A stretch of DNA of 64,000 nucleotides, taken from positions 310,001 through 374,000 of the forward strand of contig JBDOQK010000004.1 in NCBI GenBank assembly GCA_040437565.1. Direction: 5' to 3'. Source of the DNA: Albugo candida. Taxonomy: Eukaryota. The position numbers and the translations under genes are program-made. The notes beneath the pieces were generated by a model. The model was not told where the DNA came from. It made no database searches and saw nothing but the letters and a program-made list of their open reading frames with translations. Below, in pieces: positions 44,801 to 57,709 of the stretch. Each line of letters starts with the position of its first letter. Positions within the stretch are counted from its first letter, which is position 1.

Positions 44801-47800
44801 CTTACGGCAATCACGAGAACGTGTTATCACGAGCAAAATTAGACCTTACATTATGCTTGCTTGACGACGATTGTGTCATTCAACGTGGGCAAGCTGTTAT
44901 AGAAATCCATCAACTTATCAAAGCCGGCACACTCGACATATCGAAAGAGCTCGACATTCCAATCACTTGGTGTCCTAGAGATAGTTCCAGTCTCAATTCC
45001 GATTTTGATTTGACTCCACCAAACATCTTACCAATTTGGCTTCACTTCGGTCAGTTTACTTCTCATACATTTGCTGAAGAAGGTAATGGAATATCCATTT
45101 GGAAAGATAACCTGTTGGTTCCGAGACTCTGGGTACAAAGAGAGAATCTGACCTCTCCACATCTGGAATTGCATCTTATTGTACGTTCCCTTGCAGGTTT
45201 ACAACATCTCCTTGATACGTGGTGGCAATATGTGGACGATAATCCGATGGAAAATAATACTTTCGGATCGCTCTATCGAGATTTACAACACTTGAGCATG
45301 AAAACGACATCCACGAATGTAAAGAAGACAGCAGGAGATTCTAAGCTACAGTTTGAATACTGTGTTTGCGTTGGTAGTCAGCTTCATCACAAGCTACGAG
45401 TCGATTCCAAAGTCAGAAACAACGAAATGATGAAATCTTCTTGCATTCTCAGATTCGATGCAAAATCCCTTTTGTGGTGGGCGCGCTTTTTTTCTCCTCC
45501 TTTATCTCTACAATCTTTGCTTCAGGATAGAAATGCTGAGTTTGCTCACTTGGATTATCAAATAATCGACATCACCGTCCATTCCGAATGGATTCGATAC
45601 ATACAACAAGCAGACTCGTCCTTGGAGATTTCTCTTCGCCTTTTAGATGTAAAGAAGCTGGCATCGATTGAGCTTGGAATGGTCTCGATCCCCCTTTCAT
45701 CCATACTGTGCCGTCAAAATGGAGTGGAAGGGATTTTCCCTATTCAAGTCGGCGCATCATTGCCACACTCACGGGTACACCAACTGAGCTTGGGTAGATT
45801 GAATGTTCAATGTGCTCTTGGCCCCGAAAACGCAAACATTGACGAGGGCATCACATCACATCTCCTCGACGACAAATGTGAAAATGTGGGAAATCAAGAA
45901 AAGAAGGCAATGGCACGACTTGAAATTCTAATTGAGGAAGCCCGACATCTTGTACGTCCAAAGGATGATCACAGTGAGCTACCACCAAGCACTTTTGCAC
46001 GTGTGGAGTGGTCAGTGCCACCGTCCTCGCCAGATGAAGAAAAAGGCGAGTTCCAACTACAGCCATTGACTGATTCGGAAACTCCATTAATATCATGCTC
46101 CTCGAATCCCGTCTACGCATTTGTGAAGACAATCACATTCCCATACACAGCAGGCTTGTCAAATGAAGATAATTGGCGACAATGGCTTAGCAGACAAGCG
46201 CTAAAAGTTGCTATCTATGTCAAGGAATCGAGCCATAATCAGATGTCAGCCAATAATGAACCTGAGCTAATTGGAACTGCAGTAGTGGACCTTGGTGTAC
46301 TTGACAAGAAAAGCTGGAATGAGATCAACGGCTGGTACCATATTCAGCACCCTGTGTGGCATCAGTCATGTGGGCAATGTAAAGTTCGAGTGCTTCTGCA
46401 GATTGATTCGGATAGTTCCGCGCTTGAAATGGAGAACAGTGGTTCGATGAATTTACTCTGTGATCGGGTAAACAATACTCTGGAGCCAACCACCCAGCCT
46501 GGAGACATTTCAGGCAACAGGGACGTACAATCTGTACATTTGGCAGCGAAAGAGATCTGTGAACGACTTTCGAAGCTATCAAGAGGACTTGATTCTTCTA
46601 GCTATCGCTCTGATAACTCGCTTTCTCGCAAATCAAATTCGGATTTCGGGGATAGTGGAATTTCTTCACTAATAGAAGAGGGAGGCGGTTCATCGAAAGA
46701 GTCGAAAATAGAGAAATTGGGAAAGACTGATGCTAAATGCTCGAAAACTCTACTAGACGACAACCAAGATGTGCATTCTATGTTTGAAGCCAGAAGTTGT
46801 ACGAAACCTTTCATCGTATCATTCCAAGAGCCATTGACATTATCCTCACTTGGTATTCAAGAAACCTCTCCACGCTCGTCGGTAGCAGACACTCGTTCGA
46901 TGAATGACGTAAGTTTGAGGCAAGATCAGCATCAAAGTCTACTTACGGAAGACAAAAGCCTCATCGAATATATGCCGCGGGAAGTGACACCTTCAGCAAA
47001 CCAAACTTGTCCGGAATTGAAATCACGCACTGCAAGAGCTTCCATCAAACCCATCGACTCCGACTTGGAGACCGACTTTGTAATGCCTTGCATACCAAAA
47101 GCAAAGACGACCTCAGATGAAAGTTATATTCTACCGATTGACGATGGCAGGATGCGATCTGTTAGATTCGATGAACAAAGTTTTATACCGGACTTTGATG
47201 AGGCAATTTGGCCATTTGATAGTACAAAGTCTGAACTTCCAGCTACAAGTTCCCAGCTTCCTGCTGATTTCTCAGCTATCGAGCCATCGAGCTTTCCACC
47301 TGGCGCAAGTCAAATCGAAGATATGGATACCGAAGCTGAATTACCTGATGAAATATCAAGCGACAATCTCGATAATGAGATCTCGAGAGAATCATATGGA
47401 CGAATGACTCAGTGTGTGGCTGCCTCGGACACAAAAGAAATTGACTTTGAAGATACCGAAATTGTGAAATCAAAGACCGCAACCGAATGTATCACGAAAG
47501 AGATCGGGACCATAACTAGGGATCTGGAAGCAGATGTCAAGGATCAGGAGCAAGTATCCAACTCGAAGAATTGCACTCCGATACAGCGAGAAGATAATTG
47601 GGCTGGGATCACCGCATTCGAGGCCGAAGCTAGCTTTGGAGCGATCATACTTTCCAAATGTCGCGTAATGAATGAATCGACGGGAGCAAACACTTGTGAA
47701 GTGAAGTGTACGCAAGCTTGTTTCGTAGAGAAATATGATGTTGCAATCCAATACGACGATTTAGACAAGACCAATGAATTAGATGGACAATTTTTGGATA

Positions 47801-48816
47801 CTACAGAGCCTGAAAGTAGTAATTTGGTTGAGTTGGCTGACGCTGCGACTCAGACAGACTTTGACGATCAGAATGTTTCTTCGGATGGTGAGCCTCAGCT
47901 AAACAAATTATCTGCAGACCAAAGATGTGATACAGCGACCCAAACCAGCCAAATAATCGAAGAAAAGGATCGAAATGACTTGGCACCATATTTCGATCAA
48001 ACTGAAGAAGACAAAAGCTGTACACAGACAAAGACAGAGCCAATCATCACGGATTCTAGCGATAGTCAAGGTGCCACGAAACCATCTGAGCAACAGGATC
48101 AATCTTCCATGTTCTCTTCTCTAAGTGGAATTACATTACAGTGTTTGATACAGAAAATTGACGCGATGCATGAATTACTTCAACAATTACGCCACACGTA
48201 TCAGATTACACCCAGCCGTAGTAGCGATCGCGCTACCAGTGAGCTCGAACAACAAGTCTCATTCTGTCCGGTACCTGTACACAATGCACTTCCGACTCAT
48301 CAGCCAGATAACACGAATCGAGTCGAACACAAAGCAAATACTTGTGATCGTATCAATCAAGCGTCCATTGTACAGACAAGCTCTGGTGGCTTGATTCCTT
48401 TTGAAGACTTTGGAAAAATCAAAAATCAACTATCAAGTCCATGCAACACCCGCGACAAAGATATAACAAATGTTTTCAACATGGAATATCATAGCGATCT
48501 CATTCAGTCTCCTTCTTGTGCTGAAACGGAGCATAACAACCCAATTAATGCTGCTTTTGGGGACCCGAATTTCTCACACGAAAGCATACTTGCTATGTCT
48601 GCTTCAAATACTGTCAAGAATCCCCGAAATGCATCACTTGATCCAAGTAGCAAGTCAGAGTGGATATCGCGCGCTCGATCACTTTTTGCCGATTCCGAGA
48701 CCGAACGCATTGCACGTATTATGAACATCAACTTGGACTCTTTTATTTCCGATGATGATTATGACGATAGTGAAGAGGAAAAAAATGACTTTGAAGAGAG
48801 TATGTTCAATTTGTAA
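41834..48816 (+). CDS. C2CD3: C2CD3-like multi-C2-domain centriole protein (about 2300 aa), 3 exons
   Basis: SLPP...VLVRVIWWGED...LFRPK...YAIVVPPSHFYVYLQDM matches the C2CD3 N-terminus; several C2 domains (LLGLVKVP, LIGTAVVDL...EINGWYHI); C-terminal ETERIARIM; short GT-AG introns near 42268-42322 and 44397-44451 join the three ORFs. Confidence 0.85.
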
Positions 48817-48884
48817 AACCTTGCAGCAATCTTTCAGACGGAGGGGATTCAACCTTTATCGCAAAGTTTGAAGTTGAACTTGTG

Positions 48885-49205
48885 ATGGCTGCATTTATCG
48901 ACGAAAAAGATGAGCAAGATTATATTTATATTCGTTCAGTGTACGAAAGCCTCGAATCTATGAATCAAGCGAGCGTCAAGCTGATCGTAATCGAGGAAGA
49001 AGTGGATGCTCTTTTTCTCGATCTCATTCTCGCTGAAGGTGCGAATGTCAAGAGTCGATAAAACCTTGCTCAAATTGAATACCTGATAGTGAAACTAGAA
49101 TCCCTTAAAAGGCAATGTTTGCGTCTCAAAGCACTTGACGTTCTAAATGAAGACTCTGACGAACCTGCTCCAAAAATATCAGAGTATATCACACCAACTG
49201 GTTAG
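48885..49205 (+). CDS. Possible small spliced hypothetical protein (about 89 aa; may extend further 3')
   Basis: MAAFIDEKDEQDYIYIRSVYESLESMNQASVKLIVIEEEVDALFLDLILAE joined by a GT-AG intron (about 49040-49089) in frame to VKLESLKRQCLRLKALDVLNEDSDEPAPKISEYITPTG. Confidence 0.4.
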
Positions 49206-50141
49206 GCGGATGACTTAGAGGCAGAGGCCTGATTTGTTGTTGACTGCTACCAAGGCAATACAGCTCTGACTCGTGTCTTCTATTGTCGTTTCTGTGATCA
49301 CTTTGTGCATATCTTTTGCACTTGCAGCGGGCGAAAAAGTACCTGAAGTATACGTGTCAGTGAATACGTGACCGGGATGAATGATGATTGCGCTTATTCG
49401 AGCAGATCTTGAGTCGATTGAAAGACATGTGATAATTGGTTTAAGGCAGCTTTAGATGGTCGGTATCTATAATGCGTGCTCTATTGGTTCAGTGCGATGC
49501 TTCCCCACTTAAATGTGATTTGCACAGCCTTTGCTGATTCATGCAATTGGGTGTCTAGTTTCAGATTAGAAAGAAGCGCACGCGTCAGCTGAAAAGACCC
49601 TACAGCATCGATTTTGAATTGATCTATCAAAATCATCTTTCGTGGAATCCCTTAGCCTTCGGTTAAGTAATTTGCAGCATTATCAATTAGCAAATCTATC
49701 GGAATGCCGAGCAGTGATGCTGCGAATTGGACATTGCAGCTGAAAGGCACAAATTTCTACGGCTGAAGCTCACGTAACTTTACATCAAATAAACGATAGC
49801 TCTGAAAACGAAACTGAGCCAACTGAGATTTAAGAATTTTTGCACTTCTTCCGCTTCCTTCACCAGCCTTGTTGTTGCTACAACGTTTCATCGCTCCTTC
49901 ATATAAATTCTAACGACCTCTAGGCCTATACCACGAATGCTTCCTATGATAGTCGTGGTCTTTTGCTTCTCTATGATCTTGCTGTGTATCGCGCGATATG
50001 CTGTCAATAGCTTACATTATACACTAATGAAAAGCGACACTCATTTTGTAAAATTGTGAAAAAATGGCTTCGACATAGGAGATATAAAAGAATGTAAAAG
50101 ACATCAAATTCATTGTTAGATTGAATATGTTGATTAATTAC

Positions 50142-50891
50142 TTACCACGGGATCACCCCTCCCTTGTACGATAGGAACTTGCCTGTATCTTGGAGTTTTA
50201 TTCCATCCAAAACCTTCACCAGTCCCGCAGTACTTTCATCCGGAGTGATAGTTCCTTTCATTTGCGTCATATCAGTTTTGACAAAGCCAGGATGTAACGT
50301 CACGGAGATGATATTATCACGCTTCAGATCATGTGCAAATGACTTATTGATCATGTTGACTGCAACTTTTGAAGCTCGATAGCCATAATAGCCGCCCGAA
50401 TTATTGTCTTGGATGCTTCCAATGCGAGAGGAGATTTGTGCAACAATAGCACTTCCATCCTTTTCCGCCGCAAGTTTCAGATTGGGCAAGAATGATCGAG
50501 TCATGAGAAAAACACCGACAGTGTTCACCTCAAACTGACGCATCAGATCTTCCTTCGTGGTATCCATAAATCCTCCAGGTTTTAGTATTCCTGCATTGTT
50601 AATCAGTAGATGTACCGGGACTTCCTTTAGAGAGATAGCCGCTTTGTGAATTGAATTCTCGTCTGATGTGTCCAATGTGACCACTTTCCATGGCTTTAAT
50701 GCATTCAGCTAGAATCATACAAAAATTGTGAGAATTGCAAAAAGTGGCACGAATTAGACACATACTTTTTCGGCTGCATCTGGATTACGAACAGACGCTA
50801 TGACATTCCATCCTTCGTTCTTGTAATGCTGAGCAAACGCATAACCAATACCGCGATTGCATCCCGTGATGAAAACAGTCTTTGGTCCCAT
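50142..50891 (-). CDS. Short-chain dehydrogenase/reductase (CsgA/C-factor-like), 2 exons
   Basis: MGPKTVFITGCNRGIG, LLINNAGI, ISSRIGSI, YRASK, LHPGFVKTDM. Confidence 0.93.
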
Positions 50892-51002
50892 TTCGGAAAA
50901 GTAGAAGTGAGTTCCTTCGAGATTCTAATAACATCGGTAGAATACCGGTACCTGTTGCTAAATTTCTGGACACGCTTTACTGAGCTTAAAATCGTCCACG
51001 TC

Positions 51003-52017
51003 ATGACTCCTTTTTGGACTCTGTTTGTACTCCTCTTGTCATGGACTCTGTTTTCTGTAGCTCGAAGCAAGGAAGAGACTCGATGCATTGGATGGAGAGC
51101 AACCTCCAATTGTAGTCCACACGCGAAAAATAATCCCAAAAAAGACCGCTCTTGCAAAGAAACCATTTTAAAAGGGGAAAGCGGGTTCTGTGAATGTGAA
51201 GGACGACGACGTGTCAGAGATTCGACATGTGATCATCATCCGTTTACGTGTGAGGAAGCTTGTAAAGCTGCGTCGTCAGCGGAACTGTCGTGTGAGTCCA
51301 AGCTTATCGTCTAAGTTCAGCTAATGTAATGTGCCTGTACTTTAGATCCCAAAGGCTTTGAATTTGTTACTTGTGGAAGCTCCATAAAGCTCGTCAATGA
51401 GGAAACTCGCTTTCGTCTACACTCTCATGAGATTTCCTATGGTACTGGCAGCCAGCAGCAATCCGTCACTGCTCACAGCTCGCGTAACGACGTCAACAGC
51501 TACTGGATTGTTAAGGAGGAAAATGAAGAAACGCCTTGTAACACAGGTAAGCATTTCAGTCAAAATTTTTCAATTTATCTATCGCATTTATCTGAGGAAC
51601 TTTAAAGGTGAGAAAATCCAATGTGGATCAAAGATTCGATTGGAGCATGCATCCACCCGTCGAAATTTGCATTCGCACAATTTCAAAGCTCCTTTGACAA
51701 AGTCTCATGATGAAGTGAGTGCTTTTGGAGTAGCAGGCGAAGGAGACTCTTTTGACTCGTGGGTGCTGGAATGTCTGGAAGACATGCAGTGCACGGCTGC
51801 AGGTCAATGTGAAGACGGCGGTTATTGGAAACGAGGCAGTCTTGTCCGTCTGCGCAACGCCATCACTGGGACGTATCTACTAACCTCGAATCAGAAACGT
51901 TTTGACGACTCGAATTGTCCCCAATGTCCCATCAACGGACAACAAGAGGTCAGTGCGGCTTCGAAAGTCGATGAAAAAACAACTTGGTTTGCAGAAGAAG
52001 GGGTTTACGTCATTTAG
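51003..52017 (+). CDS. SDF2: Secretory-pathway MIR-domain protein (SDF2-like) with an N-terminal 8-Cys module, 3 exons
   Basis: Signal peptide MTPFWTLFVLLLSWTLFSVARS; VTCGSSIKLVNEETRFRLHSHEISYGTGSQQQSVT, IQCGSKIRLEHASTRRNLHSH, PINGQQEVSA, WFAEEGVY. Confidence 0.88.
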
Positions 52018-52099
52018 GAGGCCAGAGTCCGAGGGATAGACGAATTTTTGGAAGAAATGAAAAGCATTCGATTTGACATGTTCAAAATACCGCTCTTAA

Positions 52100-52789
52100 T
52101 CAGACCTTATCAAAATGAACATGGACATTGTCCTTCACTGCAATTTGACCCATATATCCGCTGTACTGATAGTTTATTCCCAGAGTTTCTAAAATGTTAC
52201 GCTTCTGCGTTTCCTTTTTCAGTATTCTTTTGCAGCGCTTTCGTTCCTGAAGAAATGTTCGTTCGGCATTATATTCCTTTCGACTTTGTGCCACGTGATT
52301 GTGCACTTTGAAAGCTTTGTTGGCTCCGACAAATAAGCGTTCATGAATGCGAGTGGTAGGAATTAGATGACACGCTAATTTGTGATCGAAAAGACAATAA
52401 TCGTTCATGGTTTCGGCCACTATTTTCGCAACTTCTGCATCCTGGAATTCGATAAAAGCAAAATGTTTTGATTTGCCTGTTCGTTTATTCCGAGATAATC
52501 GTAGGCGCGTGACTTTTCCAAACTGTTTGAAGAAACCCGACATTTGTTCCTCGTAAAACCCATGGGGTATTCTACCCAAGTAAACAACTCGGGACGATTC
52601 CGATTGCGTCGCATTATTCTCCGCTGCAAGTCGAGCTTTTTTACTTTTCGTGGCGATAGGTATTGGAATGATATTCTCTTTTGTTTCCAGTTGCGTATTA
52701 TTCTTTGTATTTTGCTCATTGTCGCTGTCAGAATTCCATTCTTCGCCTTGTAATTTTTCTAATTCGGTTGTAATCGAATTGGAGACCAT
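52100..52789 (-). CDS. NIFK: Nucleolar RRM protein, Nop15/NIFK family (60S biogenesis)
   Basis: VVYLGRIPHGFYEEQMSGFFKQFGKVTRLRLSRNKRTGKSKHFAFIEF...AKIVAETMNDYCLF. Confidence 0.92.
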   Translation of the reverse strand: MVSNSITTELEKLQGEEWNSDSDNEQNTKNNTQLETKENIIPIPIATKSKKARLAAENNATQSESSRVVYLGRIPHGFYEEQMSGFFKQFGKVTRLRLSRNKRTGKSKHFAFIEFQDAEVAKIVAETMNDYCLFDHKLACHLIPTTRIHERLFVGANKAFKVHNHVAQSRKEYNAERTFLQERKRCKRILKKETQKRNILETLGINYQYSGYMGQIAVKDNVHVHFDKV

Positions 52790-53420
52790 TTTTGATTGGC
52801 GTCAAGCAAGTGAAAATAATGAGCGCCATATATATTTTCTACCAGTTATGTGTTAAATGTTCGGATGCAAGTACGACCTTTAACAGTGCAGATGATCTTT
52901 TGACCTTTCTATTGCAATTACGGAGCCGCTTGGAATCATCGCATACATCAAAGGGTCGGTTATGCAACGACAGACTACGGTTGCATAACGGACGTAGATA
53001 CATTGCCAAAAGAGAAACTAAAAAAACCACAAGATTCCATCGCTCGTAACCAGGGTTCGACAAGGCAGAAACGAGATTGGCGCCGCATCGAACGATCACA
53101 AAAGATCTCCACACAATTTTGTGTTCCACAAATACGAAAAATTATCATTCCAACGACTCTTACTAGTCGCGTAGCCCTTTTGCACTTGAAGGCAAAATAG
53201 CTTGCTATTTATATATATTGCACATTCAGGAAAGACTTCATTCTTCTCGTCAATCTTTTAGACGTCCTTTTTGAACGTAGGTCCATGAATAGCCGTGACT
53301 GAGTGTTGTCATTGGCATCTATATTCATCTTGATCACAGCACTCATTGCTATTACGGATTTCATAATGATGTTAGGTCGAAAGCTGCGAACAAAGGTGCT
53401 AGTGCTGAAGAAGATTACTG

Positions 53421-54896
53421 ATGGGTCGGAAGAAAATCAAGATCCAGCGGATCGAAGATGACCGCAACCGTCATGTGAGTGACTTCGATAAAAGAATGAA
53501 GCATTGAATTGAGAATGATTCGAACAGGTGACCTTCACCAAACGAAAGAATGGAATCTTCAAAAAGGCGATGGAGCTGTCAAAGTTATGCGATTGTGAGA
53601 TCGCACTTATTGTATTCGATTCCAACGAGAAGCTCTATCAATACTCGAGCGCAAGTGTGGATCAGATTCTACTAAAGTATACCGAATATCGAGACCCTTA
53701 TGAGATGAAAGACAACAGCGATGTAATAAAACTGTGCTTGTCATTGTAAACAGTTTCTTATCGTTTGTGGTCTTCAAGTACGAGATTTTATTCGGTGAGA
53801 AAAAGAAACGAAACAAAGAAGGTTCTATCTCCGAAACGCCAACTGGAACACCTACCACAAAACAAGACGGAGATCAAGAAAGTGAACAAGATGTTATGGA
53901 TCACAGGAATGGGGCAGGAAATAAGAAACGAGTGCAGCGAGGCTTTCAACAGCTATTAAAAAAAGACCAATTGTCTTATATCCCGCCTACACTTCCAATA
54001 TATCAACACGGGGTAAATATCTATATTCATTCGAGACGTAGCTTTTTGGGAAATAATGACTGTGACATCTGTAGCTCGGTATGCTAGGAGGAATGCAATC
54101 ACATCATATGTTTGCGGGGCTTACTAGTCCACCAAATCTTTCTGGCATCTTACCTTCACCGACCAGTATGTTTAGAGTCTCTCTTAGCCGACATTTGTAT
54201 CTCACCATGAATCATCACGTAGCTGGCATGCTCTTTCGTCATGATTTTAGCCCCAACTCTCAGACAATGTTTGGCTCTCAGCACCATCAGTTCTGGAATG
54301 CGGCAGATAATCACGAGAAAAATAGTTTGCTTGGGCTAAACTTGGTTCCTTCTGACTTTGAGAGAGATTCGATGCAAAATGTTGCCAAACATTCCGCTTA
54401 TCACTCGAAGCGAAGTTCTAGCCCCTCTAAGTGCACTTCCTACTATCAAGAATCACCACTTGGGAACCATACTATGATGTCTACGGACTTCAGAGACTTT
54501 TCTGTCAATCCGGGAACCTTTGGGAATGAATTGCAAATGCATTTGGACGGTCAAACTGTGCGTGATAAACTTGAAGGTGACGGTAGCGAAAAAGACGATA
54601 ATGGAAATAGTAAGAATGTCGCAGCTCGAATAGAACGTGAACCATCTACAACGGCGTACATGAGCCCCATGAAAGATGAAGACAGTGAAGAGACTCGACA
54701 AGCGAGTTGTACCCAAGACAATATGGAGTCAGACAGAAAAAAAACCGAGATTTCTAACATGAGAATCAAAACCGGTAATGGAGAAGATAACAGGTTTTCG
54801 CTCAACACATCAGCAGTTGAGCGTAACGATAGTGGCGATCAATCGAAAAGCGAAGTCCTCTTGAATCAGAGTCCGAAAAGGAGAAAGCGGGATTGA
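53421..54896 (+). CDS. MEF2-type MADS-box transcription factor, multi-exon
   Basis: [59 protein letters not shown]...LLKYTEY; C-terminal NLS-like SPKRRKRD. Confidence 0.93.
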
Positions 54897-57709
54897 GTAG
54901 CACGAAGTAGTACATGGACATACAGTTAGGTCTCAAAATTAACAGCTGGAATGAAATGTTGAATATCCAGATACAATATGTATCGGTGAAATTGCTGCAG
55001 CAGCTACTAGCCTCATTTGCGGGATCATACTCTCATAGTCAGACGTAGGATACGTGTATTGATTGCATTTAAGTGATGTTTGAATTAGAAGCTCAAAATA
55101 TCAGACCGAATGTTATCAAAGTCATCGGCATTGGGAATTACGCATTCAGATGTGATCTATCACACATATACTACGTCATTTAGGTGAGTGATAAACATCT
55201 CATGTATAATGACTGTGGAATCCTAGCGATGAAGATCTCATTAGATAGCAATGCCTTTCTCGACTCGGTTCATATTCGAGGGAGATACATACTCAGAAAT
55301 TCTGACTCTGGCAAGAGTTGGCTTGAAATTAGAAATCTGCGCAAGGAATTAAAATGCAAGCTCAGACCAGTGAAACTAAGGAGTATTTATCACTTCTTCC
55401 CGTAAAAATCTGCGAGTGACACATTTAGGAGATGTGTGTATTGGCGTGTAATTTATGAATACAAATCGAGTCATGGTGAATGTACTTGATTTCATACCTT
55501 ATCATGTTTGTTGGGCTATGTGATTCAATCTCCACATATTATATACTCGCGTACAAAATGCTACAATGCGTCATGCAAATATGAGGTAGAAGTCTTCACT
55601 GCATGAAATTCTCACAATCAGGCGGGCATGTTCAAGTGCGATGCCAAATACTGTTTAGTGATACTAAGTATGATCGCTTGAACAGCCTTGTTTCATGACG
55701 CTCAAGTCAGCTGATGATACAGTTTAAATAATCGCAGTGAGGATACCGGAACTGGATTATACGAACTAGAACATAGGCCTAATCGCGTGGATAATTGAAT
55801 GCTGGTAGCCAAGACAAACGGATTTGAAGCAGTGACAATCCTACTGAATTTCGTCACTTGTAAACAATCGATTGCTAGAAAAGTGATTCCGTCTGTCGAC
55901 TTATTCTGAAATTCGCTGAGCTCGCAAACATTATCCAATGATCACAAATAAGCATGACTTTTGTATACAACTACATTGAATACGGGGCTAGTCAAAAATG
56001 GCAATTGATTTTGGCGTAGAATTCGTCTCCTCAACAATCAAGCATGAATATACGCAGGGATTGCTTAATCAAGACGGGAAGGAATAGAGGTAATCGCTGG
56101 CTTTTTGATTGTAAGCCGTCAGAATTCGCTGTTACATGACCTACGGATATGTACAGTCGATGCTTCTTTCTAGAATGTAAGGGAGCACATAAAATGTTGC
56201 CTATTTGAAAGGCCATACACAGAGACATCCGAAAAAGATGTTGCGAAAATATAAGAAAGGTGTGGATGTGCGCATGGTGGAACGCACCAACCGGTGCACC
56301 ACATAACGGTAGATTTTATATAAGTAGATAATGAAAGGATCGGTATTGCTACCAATCGTGAGCATACGACGCCGTAGTAGCGACCATGTCGAGTCATCCT
56401 GGAGTTTGGTTATTGACAGCTCAGCAGTATCACTGGTGATTTGAAGAGCTTAAACCTCTTATGACAACAGAAGCACCGAAATCATTCAATAATACCTGTA
56501 TAAGGACTGACAAGACAATCCAATTCTCAGAAGAAAGTAACGACGACTTCCTCCCGTTATTAACCCCACTGGAAACGCGTCTTGGCACTTGATAAAAAGG
56601 CAATGGTTCGCTGATAGGGATTACATACAGAAAAACACTACGATAATGCCTTTCCTCCATGGGATGAATTTGTGACAGAAGTGAGTTTGGCATAGGAGGT
56701 ATAAGCATATTGTTTCACTGTGCCATCTATTTATCTTAATTTCTTGGATAATCAGTACGAATGTCCTAGCAAATCTAAGGGGAAATATAAATCGACTGCA
56801 GCATGGAACAATTCCTTGCAGATTGGCATGCACTTTGTGTATTATCCGCTGAGACATTCTTCTGAAATGCGGATCTCTTGAAATGAGATTTCCAACGGTT
56901 AGCCAATTTAGTTGTTCTAAAAAATAGAACTCTGTTGTAGCACGAAGGAATATTATTGTAACGTAGACAAAACCTATATCCATTATCGGAACGTGAGCGA
57001 GCGACTACAAACGATGCATTGCAGTGTCTTTAGAAAGATGACATATTTTATAGCAAGCTTCTTCTTGCGTGTACCATCAGTCGATGGATATTTGTAATGC
57101 ATATGGTCGTTCTCATTCTTTTACTCAGTTGCGAAACGACCTCTGATGTGCAAAGAATAGTTACACATCTCATTATTCCAAGTGTTTCAGATGCTTTCAT
57201 TTTACCACACACATACATGCAAAAAGTAATATATATAGCATTACTGTCGCAAAATTTAAGATCAAGAACTTCTATATTCGTACTTGGACAAAAGTAACTA
57301 CCGCTCACCTTGCCCCAGTAAAATCGGCGTAATTGAAGTACTAGATGGGAGAATCCGACGTTGGGCCATACATGCTAACTCCATCAAAATGCAGAACTAT
57401 TCAGCAATGATATGATGTCGGCAGAAATTCCGAGCTTTATTCAACGTAAAGAGCAGCATACGTTCATCCCTCACACTAGAAGCTAATGCTCGAACGAATT
57501 TGATGAAACGAAGGATACCTTTTCTTTGGCCAGCGACCTTGTTTTAGATTGTCAAGGATTTCATTACACTGTTTATCTGGTTTTTTAACTACCTTCCTTA
57601 TCCTATCATNNNNNNNNNNNNNNNNNNNNNNNNNNNNNNNNNNNNNNNNNNNNNNNNNNNNNNNNNNNNNNNNNNNNNNNNNNNNNNNNNNNNNNNNNNN
57701 NNNNNNNNN

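Noticed and set aside
41771..48816. Three separate genes for ORFs 41771-42340, 42333-44408 and 44605-48816
   Set aside because: Short GT-AG introns join them in frame, and C2CD3 N- and C-terminal motifs lie at the two extremes.
50826..51002. N-terminal extension of the SDF2-like ORF overlapping the SDR gene
   Set aside because: The signal peptide begins at ATG 51003; the upstream part overlaps SDR exon 1 and the shared intergenic region.
2010..54808. Many short antisense or alternate-frame ORFs overlapping real genes (e.g. 2291-2620, 14497-14898, 18772-19188)
   Set aside because: Shadow ORFs of well-supported coding regions with no independent motifs.
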